This document shows positions 28,347 to 35,153 of a stretch of DNA of 44,436 nucleotides, in pieces. This DNA comes from Gemmatimonadales bacterium (GTDB lineage: Bacteria; Gemmatimonadota; Gemmatimonadetes; Gemmatimonadales; JACORV01). Each line of letters opens with the position of its first letter. Position 1 is the stretch's first letter. Both the position numbers and the translations under genes were made by a program. The stretch is from NCBI GenBank assembly GCA_017881505.1, contig JADGQW010000002.1, positions 1-44,436 of the forward strand, in the 5' to 3' direction. The notes beneath the pieces were generated by a model, which saw only the letters and a list, made by a program, of their open reading frames with translations, had not been told where the DNA came from and did not search any database.

Positions 28347-29427
28347 CGCGCCGCCACGGCGGCCCGCTCCCGTAGCGCTCCAGGGCGAGCCGCACCTTCT
28401 CCGCCACGATCCCCACGGTGATGCGCCCCATCCGCCCCGGCCGGTAGCGCGCCGCCGGACCATAGTCCTCTCCAGGTTCCCCGAAGGCATCCACCAGCAG
28501 GTCGGCGAAGCGATGGTACGGCCCGAACCGCTTCGGGTTCGTGTAGCCGTAGAGCCCCACCGCGGGCACCTCCATCGCCACCGCGATGTGGAAGGGGCCG
28601 GTATCGGGGGAGACGACGGCGTCGCACGCCTCGAGGAGGGCGAGGGTGGTCCGCAGACCGCGGCCGAGGGCGTCGAGGGGCGCCGCAGTCGTGCCCGTGA
28701 GGATGGCGTCGGCGGCGGCGCGCTCGTGCGGTGCGGCGCTGCCGAGGAGCACGCAGCGCGCGCCGTGCGCGGCGGCGAGCTGTGTCGCCAGCGCCGCGTA
28801 CCGCTCGGGGGGCCAGTTCTTGGCGGGCCGGCTCGTCGCCACCACGCATCCCACCAGCGGCCCCTCCGTCCCCGCGAGGAGCGCGCGCGCCTCCGCCCGC
28901 TCGGCGGGCGAGGGCGCGAGGCCCCAGACCGGCTCGCCGCGCGGGACGCCGAGGGCGTCGAGGTACTCGAGGAACTGGTCCTGGATGTGTCCCAGCGGGC
29001 GGGACGGGATGCGGTGCGTCGTGAAGAGCGCGTTGAGATCGCGGGACCGGGCTCGATCGAGCCCGAGCTTCACGGGCGCGCGGGCCATCCAGGTGAGGAG
29101 GCCCGCCTTGAAGTACGGCTGGAGGGCCAGCACGAGGTCGAAGGGGCGCGCGGCGAGCGCCCGCCGCACGTCGAGGAACCCGCGCCACCCGTTGCGTCGC
29201 TCGAAGAGCACGATCTCGTCCACGGCGGGGTGCCCCTGCACGAGGGCGGCGGGCCCGGGCTGGAGGATCCACGTCAGGCGCGTGGCGGGGGCGTGGCGCT
29301 TGATCGCCGTGACCACCGGGAGCGCATGGACCACGTCGCCGAGGGCGGAGAGCATCACTACCCCGACGCGTCGCGGCCAGTCGCCCTCCGCGCCGAAGAG
29401 CCCTCCGGTCGTCACAGGGTCGGTCAC
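28330..29427 (-). CDS. GT9-family glycosyltransferase (LPS heptosyltransferase-like), copy 2
   Basis: Motifs are VVMLSALGDVVHALPV, ILQPGPAALV, YFKAGLL and SPDTGPFHIAVAM. The GTG at 29427 overlaps the upstream TGA. The 3' end overlaps maf by 17 nt in convergent orientation. Confidence 0.8.
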   Translation of the reverse strand: MTDPVTTGGLFGAEGDWPRRVGVVMLSALGDVVHALPVVTAIKRHAPATRLTWILQPGPAALVQGHPAVDEIVLFERRNGWRGFLDVRRALAARPFDLVLALQPYFKAGLLTWMARAPVKLGLDRARSRDLNALFTTHRIPSRPLGHIQDQFLEYLDALGVPRGEPVWGLAPSPAERAEARALLAGTEGPLVGCVVATSRPAKNWPPERYAALATQLAAAHGARCVLLGSAAPHERAAADAILTGTTAAPLDALGRGLRTTLALLEACDAVVSPDTGPFHIAVAMEVPAVGLYGYTNPKRFGPYHRFADLLVDAFGEPGEDYGPAARYRPGRMGRITVGIVAEKVRLALERYGSGPPWRRARVPE

Positions 29428-30473
29428 CGGACCCCGGCTCCCGGTGCGTAGCGCACGCGCCAGCGGTCCACCCGCTCGAGGACGTCGGCGACCTGGATGC
29501 GCGGCATCCGGTCCCGGCGCTTCTCCGCGCTGATGGGATAGTCCTCGCCGGGGTCGCCATACGCGTCCACCAGGAGGTCGAGGAAGCGGCGATAGGGTCC
29601 CGTCCGCTTCGGGTTCCACGCGCCGCACAGGCCGATGACCGGACGGTCGAGGGCGACCGCCATGTGGAGTGGAGCCGAGTCGAGCGCCACCACGAGCGCC
29701 GAGCCGTCGAGCAGCCACACGAGGTCGCGTAGCGGTGCACCGAGGGTGGAGAGGGGCCGGTGCCGTGCCAGCGCGGTGATCTCGCGCTCCGTTTCCCGCT
29801 CGCGTGGGGAGCCCCCGCCGGCGAGCACCGGCTGGAGGTCGTATCGCTCGACGAGCGCGTCCGAGAGCTCGGCCCATCGCGCCACGGGCCACTCGCGCTG
29901 CGGGTCGCTGGTGCCGATGGCGAGCGTGGCGACGGGCCTTTCGAGGGGGCCGAAGAACCGCCGCTGCGCCTCGCGCTCCGCCGCCCAGGGCCCGAGGTCC
30001 CAGACCACCGGCTCGTGGGGCACGCCGAGCGCGTCGAGGAACTCGAAGTACTGGTCCTGCACGTGCTGCGGCGGATGCGGCGGGATGCGGTGCGTCGTGA
30101 CGAGCCAGTTGCCGTCGCGGGCCCGCGCGCGGTCGAAGCCGAGCTTGACGGTTCCGGGGAGCAGCGCGGTGAGGAGGCCGGCCTTGAAGTAGACCTGGAG
30201 GGCGAGCACGAGGTCGTAGGGGCCGCCGAGGCGCCGGAGAGCGTCCCGGTAGGCCCGCCACCCCTTCGCCTTCTCGAAGAGCACGATCTCGTCCACGGCG
30301 GGATGGCCCCGCACCAGGGACGCGGGCCCCGGCTGGAGCACCCAGGTGATGCGGCACCGTGGTGCGTGGCGTTTGAGGGCGGTGAGCACCGGCAGGGTGT
30401 GCACCGTGTCGCCGACGGCGCTCATCATCACGACGCAGACGCGGCCGGTGCGCCAGCGGTCGGGGATCGTCAC
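29424..30473 (-). CDS. GT9-family glycosyltransferase (LPS heptosyltransferase-like), copy 1
   Basis: Motifs are VVMMSAVGDTVHTLPV, VLQPGPASLV, YFKAGLL and LDSAPLHMAVAL. The GTG at 30473 overlaps the upstream TGA. Confidence 0.8.
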   Translation of the reverse strand: MTIPDRWRTGRVCVVMMSAVGDTVHTLPVLTALKRHAPRCRITWVLQPGPASLVRGHPAVDEIVLFEKAKGWRAYRDALRRLGGPYDLVLALQVYFKAGLLTALLPGTVKLGFDRARARDGNWLVTTHRIPPHPPQHVQDQYFEFLDALGVPHEPVVWDLGPWAAEREAQRRFFGPLERPVATLAIGTSDPQREWPVARWAELSDALVERYDLQPVLAGGGSPRERETEREITALARHRPLSTLGAPLRDLVWLLDGSALVVALDSAPLHMAVALDRPVIGLCGAWNPKRTGPYRRFLDLLVDAYGDPGEDYPISAEKRRDRMPRIQVADVLERVDRWRVRYAPGAGVR

Positions 30474-31219
30474 GCGCTGTCCCCGTAGCCGGCCTCGAAG
30501 TGGGCGCGGTCGCCGGCGGTCAGCCGCGCGCCCCGCAGGCCGTTCCACTTCTCCCACGAGCGGTAGAACCGGTCCACGTTGCGCCGACGGTCGCCCGCGC
30601 CGCCCGCGTCGCGGCACGATTCGACGTCGAGGAGCCAGGCCTGGGGCGGATCGCCGGCGACGACCACGTTTCGCAACTGCAGGTCGGGATGAACGAAGCC
30701 AGCGTCGTGGAGGCGGCGCACCAGCCGGCCCACGGCGCGCAGCACGGCGGCGCGAGGCTCCCCCGAGGGGGGGGCGTCCCCGAAGACGACGGCGGCGAGG
30801 TCGCGCCCCGGGATCCGCGCCGTGGCCACGTCGGCGCGATGCACGGCGCCCGCGCGGTACCAGGCGCCGGCCAGCAGCGCGGGCGTCGGGACGCCGGCCT
30901 CGGCGAGACGCCGCGACCAGGCGAGTTCCCGGAAGAAGCGGGGAGTGCCGGCGTATCGGTCACCGAGCAGCGGGCCCAGAAAGCCGCCGCGCCGCGCGTG
31001 CCGCACCACGGCGTCCACGCCGCCGAGGGTCACGCCATATGCCTCGCCCCTGCCGGTGAAGGCGGTGCGGTCCGGCTGCTCGGCGGCCCACGCATAGAGG
31101 GAAGGGTGCGTGCCGAGCGCGGCGCGCACCGCGGCGGCGACGTCGCGCCGGGCCACCGCGCCCCCCGCGCCGAGGCTCCACGTGTCGTACCCGGGAGGCA
31201 GGGCGGGGAACCGCGGCAA
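30470..31219 (-). CDS. lipopolysaccharide kinase (Kdo/WaaP) family protein
   Basis: The catalytic-loop-like motif is VHPDLQLRNVVV, followed by WLLDVESC. This is a protein-kinase-like fold signature. The TTG start at 31219 lies 1 nt after the cyclase stop, so the start is less certain. Confidence 0.65.
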   Translation of the reverse strand: MPRFPALPPGYDTWSLGAGGAVARRDVAAAVRAALGTHPSLYAWAAEQPDRTAFTGRGEAYGVTLGGVDAVVRHARRGGFLGPLLGDRYAGTPRFFRELAWSRRLAEAGVPTPALLAGAWYRAGAVHRADVATARIPGRDLAAVVFGDAPPSGEPRAAVLRAVGRLVRRLHDAGFVHPDLQLRNVVVAGDPPQAWLLDVESCRDAGGAGDRRRNVDRFYRSWEKWNGLRGARLTAGDRAHFEAGYGDSA

Positions 31220-31220
31220 A

Positions 31221-32846
31221 TCAGTACTTGACGTGGTAGATGGGGACGGGCTTCGACTTCCCCTTGACCTTGATCGGGTCGCGCGCCTCGACGGGCGGCG
31301 GGTTCTTGAGGCGCTTGAAGAGCGGCTCGGAGACCATGATCTCGCCGCGGCCGGCGTTGGAGCAGAGCCGCGAGGCGGTGTTGACGGCGTCGCCCAGCAC
31401 CGTGTACTCCATGCGCTGCTCGCTGCCGATGTTGCCCGCGAACACCTCGCCGAAGTTGATCCCGATGCCGATGGCGATCTCGGGCTTTCCCGTGGCCTTC
31501 CAGTGCTCGTTGAGGGGCACGAGGGCGCGCTGCATGTCGATGGCGGCCGCCATCGCCTTGTCAGCGTCGTTGTCCGAAGCGAGCGGGGCGCCCCACAGCG
31601 CCATGATGGCGTCGCCGATGAACTTGTCGAGCGTGCCGCCGTGGCGGAACACGATCTCGACCATCTCGTTGAAGTACTCGCCGAGCAGCGTGGCGACGGA
31701 TTCCGGCGCCATGTTCTCCGACATCGAGGTGAACCCGCGGATGTCGGAGAAGAAGATGACGACCGGCCGCTTGGCGCCGCCGAGCTTCACTTCCTCGCTG
31801 TGCTCCGCGATCTGCTTCGCGAGGTCGGGGGCGAAGTAGCGCTGGAAGTTCGACAGCACCATCGCCTCGCGCCGCAGCCGATCGCCGAGCTGGCCGTTCT
31901 CGATGGCGACCGCCGCCACGCCGGAGAAGGCGATCAGGAACTCCAGGTCCTCGGCCGTGAACGCGTGCGTGGACGTGAGGTTGTCCACGTAGATCAGGCC
32001 GAGCACGGTGCCGTCGGAGGACATCAGCGGCGCGCCCATCGCGGACCGGACGCTCTGCAGCATGATGGACTTGCCCTTGAAGCGCTCGTCCTCCGCGGCG
32101 TTGTCGGTGAGGATGGCGACGCGCTCGTTCACCACCTGTCCCACGATGGACTTGGGCACGTGGCGCGCCGACGCCGACCCCTCGCCGAGGCGGCTCTTGG
32201 AGATCCGGGGGATCGGGTCCGTACCTCCCGGCTCGTGGAGAAGGATCGAGACGCGGTCCACGTCCATCACCTGGAACGTGAAGTCCACGACCGATTCGAG
32301 CAGCTTGTCCACGTCCTGCTGGCGGGAGAGGGCCTTGGAGATCTCGAGGAGCAGCTCGAGCTTCTTGGCGTTGCGCGCGGTGGCGGCGTCGGGCTCGGCC
32401 GTCGCCTTCGCGACCTCCTCCTCGAGGGCCTTGAGGGGACTCGAGAGGGACCCCGACTCCCGCACCGGCAGCTGCCGCACGATCGTAGCGCCGGCGGGCT
32501 TGTGCGGCACCGCGAACCCCGCCGACGTCGGGGGCTTGGGCGCGGGGGCAGGCGCCGCGACGGGCCGGACGTAGAAGGCGACCTTGCCGAAGGTGATGAC
32601 GTCGTTGGGCGCCGCGGTGCACTCGGTGACGCGGCTGCCGTTCAGGAAGGTGCCGTTCGAGGAGCCAAGGTCCTTGACCGCGACCCCGCCGTCCCGGGCG
32701 GTGACCTGGGCGTGCTGGCGGGAGATCGTCGGGTCGAAGATGGGCACGTCGCTCGTGACGGCGCGCCCCACGACCAGCGTCTGGCCGGGTTTGACGTCGA
32801 TCGATTGGTCGCCGGCGGTACTGACCAGCTTGAAGGCGTCGGGCAT
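31221..32846 (-). CDS. FHA-GAF-class III adenylate/guanylate cyclase
   Basis: The FHA domain reads VVGRA...ISRQHAQV...DLGSSNGTFLNG. The GAF domain reads LLEISKALS...LGLIYVDN. The cyclase motifs are VVIFFSDIRGFT, LDKFIGDAIMALWGAP and EYTVLGDAVNTASRL. Confidence 0.88.
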   Translation of the reverse strand: MPDAFKLVSTAGDQSIDVKPGQTLVVGRAVTSDVPIFDPTISRQHAQVTARDGGVAVKDLGSSNGTFLNGSRVTECTAAPNDVITFGKVAFYVRPVAAPAPAPKPPTSAGFAVPHKPAGATIVRQLPVRESGSLSSPLKALEEEVAKATAEPDAATARNAKKLELLLEISKALSRQQDVDKLLESVVDFTFQVMDVDRVSILLHEPGGTDPIPRISKSRLGEGSASARHVPKSIVGQVVNERVAILTDNAAEDERFKGKSIMLQSVRSAMGAPLMSSDGTVLGLIYVDNLTSTHAFTAEDLEFLIAFSGVAAVAIENGQLGDRLRREAMVLSNFQRYFAPDLAKQIAEHSEEVKLGGAKRPVVIFFSDIRGFTSMSENMAPESVATLLGEYFNEMVEIVFRHGGTLDKFIGDAIMALWGAPLASDNDADKAMAAAIDMQRALVPLNEHWKATGKPEIAIGIGINFGEVFAGNIGSEQRMEYTVLGDAVNTASRLCSNAGRGEIMVSEPLFKRLKNPPPVEARDPIKVKGKSKPVPIYHVKY

Positions 32847-32974
32847 CGGCAGCGCGGTTCGGAGATGCCGTAATATGCCCGTCCGGCGGAACGGGCGCCA
32901 GCGCGCGCAGGCCACCCCAGGGGGCGCCGGCTCCGGGCGAGGCCCCGCCCGCCGCGGCGCCGGCCTCCCCGTGC

Positions 32975-33004
32975 TTGCTGTGCGCCGCACGCCGTCCCGA
33001 TATT
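32975..33004 (+). promoter_or_regulatory. sigma70-like promoter candidate TTGCTG-N18-GATATT, 5 nt from the ATG at 33010
   Basis: The -35 element is at 32975-32980 and the -10 element at 32999-33004. Five nt (gcggc) follow, then the ATG. No Shine-Dalgarno sequence is present. Confidence 0.4.
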
Positions 33005-33009
33005 GCGGC

Positions 33010-35079
33010 ATGGATCGCCGAAGCGCCGCGCTCGGCCTGGCTCTCGCGCTCGCCGCCAGCGGGTCGGCGGCGCGCGGAGCGGTCGCCCAGGAGTGGGATT
33101 CCCCCGCCGTCCGGATGCTCGTGCAGCGCGCCGTGGACCGCCGCCAGCAGGCCCTCGCCGACACCACCCTCACCGACTTCACCGCCCGCGCGCATGGGTT
33201 CCTCTTCTTCCTCGGCCAGATCGGGGAGGGGCTTCAGGAGCCGCCGCGGCTCATCAAGTCGGATCAGCTCGAGCTCGAGGTGTCGTGGAAGGCGCCGCGC
33301 TTCAGCCGCCAGCGGATCATCGGGTGGCGCGATCGGCGCGAGCTCCCGACCGACATCAGCTACCACCGCGACCACCTCGGCATCGTCCTGAACAACTTCG
33401 CGGACTTCATCCGCCTCGGAGAGGGGGACGAGGTCCGCGACGTGCCGCACCCCCTGAGCCCCGCCGGCCTCCGCCTCTATCAGTTCGCGCTGGCGGACTC
33501 GCTCACGATCACACTCCCCGACCGGGCGATCCGCGTGTACGAGGTGCGCGTCCGGCCGGTGGATTTCCGTGCGCCGCGGCTCGTCGGGTCCCTGTTCCTC
33601 GACGTGGACCGCGCGGAGCTGGTCCGGATGCGCTTCGACTTCACCCGCGCCGCCTACCTCGACCACCAGCTCGAGGACATCACCGTCAGCATCGAGAACA
33701 GCCTGTGGGGAGGGCGGTTCTGGCTGCCGCTGCGGCAGGAGATCGAGATCCGGCGCCGCGCCGAGTGGCTCGACTTCCCGGCGCGCGGCATCATCCGGGG
33801 CCGGTGGGAGATCGACACCTACCGCTTCAACCAGGGGCTGCAGCTGGCGCTCTTCGCCGATGGGCGCCCCGAGATCGTGGCGGCCCCGCCGGAGGTGCGC
33901 GACTCCTTCCCGTGGACCGATTCCCTGGAGGCCGAGGTGCGGGACGTGGCCCGGCCGGCGCGCCTCGCCGACCTCGACGCGGTCCGCGCGGAAGCCGCTT
34001 CCGTCGCCGAGGGACACGTCCTGACGGGGTTGCAGCGCGCCCAGCTCGGGGGCGCGTCCGTGTCCGAGTTCGTGCACGTGGATCGCGCGGAGGGCCTCGC
34101 GCTCGGCGTAGGGGGCGTGCTGCGCTCGGGGGACGAGGCGACGGAATTCCGCGGGCGGGCGGGAGCTGCCACCGCCACGACCCTCTTCACCGGCGGTCTC
34201 GCGCTGCGGATACGCCGCGGGGCGTGGACCTGGGGGCTCGCGGGGTATCGGGACGTCCGCGACATGGGCGACGCACCGGTGATCGCGCGCGCCGTGAACT
34301 CCCTCCTCGCCCAGGAGACGGGGAGCGACTTCGGCGACTACTACCTCGCCACCGGCGGCGAGGGCGGCGTCACGCGGGCGCTCGGCGGCCGGACCGCGCT
34401 CGCGCTCACCGCGGGCGTCGCGCGCATCGACTCGCTCCCCGTCCGGGCGACGTGGGCGCGGGGCGCGTACCGGCGTCCCGCGCCGCAGGTCGCCGAGGGG
34501 TCGTGGGCCTATGCGCGCCTCGGCCTCCGCCGCCAGGCGAGCTCGTTCGCGATGGTCCGCGAGTTCACGGGCCGCGCGGAGCTCGAAGCGGCGGGGCTCG
34601 GTGCGGCGCGGTACGTCAGGGGCTACGCCGAGGGCCGCTGGCAGGTGCCGGCAGGCGCGGGGTGGCTCGTGCTCCGCGCCAGCGCTGGCGCCGCCACCCG
34701 CGATCTCCCGGCCCATCGCGCCTTCGTCCTCGGAGGCCGTGGCACGCTGGTGGGGGAGGGGTTCCGCGCCCTGTCGGGACGGCAGGCCGCCTGGCTCTCT
34801 GCGGATCTGCGGATCCCGGCGGGGGTGCCGGAGATCCCCCTCGGATCTCTCGCGGGGACGGGCCGCAGCGCGACCCTCGTCCCGTTCATCGCCGCAGGAT
34901 GGACCGGGGGCGGCGTCGCGGGCGCGCCCGGCGCTCCGGCGCGCGGGGTGCGCCCCGTCGTCGGCCTGGGGCTCGAGTGGCCGCACGACCTCCTGCGGAT
35001 CGACGTCGGGGTGAGTCCGCGGACGGGGACCGTCGGCGTGGCGGTGGACGTCAGCCGGGCCTTCTGGGACATCCTCTGA
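33010..35079 (+). CDS. hypothetical outer-membrane protein (signal peptide; C-terminal half reminiscent of an Omp85/surface-antigen barrel)
   Basis: 689 aa. The signal peptide is MDRRSAALGLALALAASGSAARGAVAQE. The C-terminal part has alternating beta-strand-like text, FVLGGRGTLVGEGF (compare the LGG...RG[FY] motif) and GLGLEWPHDLLRIDVGV. No POTRA-like repeats were recognised. Confidence 0.6.
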   Translation: MDRRSAALGLALALAASGSAARGAVAQEWDSPAVRMLVQRAVDRRQQALADTTLTDFTARAHGFLFFLGQIGEGLQEPPRLIKSDQLELEVSWKAPRFSRQRIIGWRDRRELPTDISYHRDHLGIVLNNFADFIRLGEGDEVRDVPHPLSPAGLRLYQFALADSLTITLPDRAIRVYEVRVRPVDFRAPRLVGSLFLDVDRAELVRMRFDFTRAAYLDHQLEDITVSIENSLWGGRFWLPLRQEIEIRRRAEWLDFPARGIIRGRWEIDTYRFNQGLQLALFADGRPEIVAAPPEVRDSFPWTDSLEAEVRDVARPARLADLDAVRAEAASVAEGHVLTGLQRAQLGGASVSEFVHVDRAEGLALGVGGVLRSGDEATEFRGRAGAATATTLFTGGLALRIRRGAWTWGLAGYRDVRDMGDAPVIARAVNSLLAQETGSDFGDYYLATGGEGGVTRALGGRTALALTAGVARIDSLPVRATWARGAYRRPAPQVAEGSWAYARLGLRRQASSFAMVREFTGRAELEAAGLGAARYVRGYAEGRWQVPAGAGWLVLRASAGAATRDLPAHRAFVLGGRGTLVGEGFRALSGRQAAWLSADLRIPAGVPEIPLGSLAGTGRSATLVPFIAAGWTGGGVAGAPGAPARGVRPVVGLGLEWPHDLLRIDVGVSPRTGTVGVAVDVSRAFWDIL

Positions 35080-35115
35080 GCTGTCGGTAGCCCCAGCCGG
35101 AGCCACGGCGCTCGC

Positions 35116-35145
35116 TGGACGGAAGGTGCGGCGGGGCCGTATCTT
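35116..35145 (+). promoter_or_regulatory. promoter candidate TGGACG-N18-TATCTT upstream of the GspE-receiver gene
   Basis: The -35-like element is at 35116-35121 and the -10-like element at 35140-35145. The GTG at 35154 is 8 nt downstream with no Shine-Dalgarno sequence. The ATCTTGCGGCA block resembles ATATTGCGGCA upstream of the 33010 gene. Confidence 0.3.
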
Positions 35146-35153
35146 GCGGCACT

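Larger units (their letters stand above)
28330..30473 (-). repeat. tandem duplication of a GT9 glycosyltransferase gene (diverged paralogues)
   Basis: The two products align end to end at roughly half identical residues by eye. Shared blocks include HPAVDEIVLFE, DLVLALQ.YFKAGLLT, TTHRIP, QDQ.. E.LDALGVP and NPKR.GPY.RF.DLLVDA.G.PGEDY. Parallel shadow ORFs on the plus strand (28731-29024 and 29804-30100) mirror the duplication. Confidence 0.6.

Noticed and set aside
28343-29740. A 465-aa alternative-frame ORF overlapping both GT9 genes, ending in a CTAG shared with maf.
   Set aside because: Its translation is Arg/Pro/Ala-rich with no motifs. The two other frames carry clear GT9 signatures and GTGA coupling.
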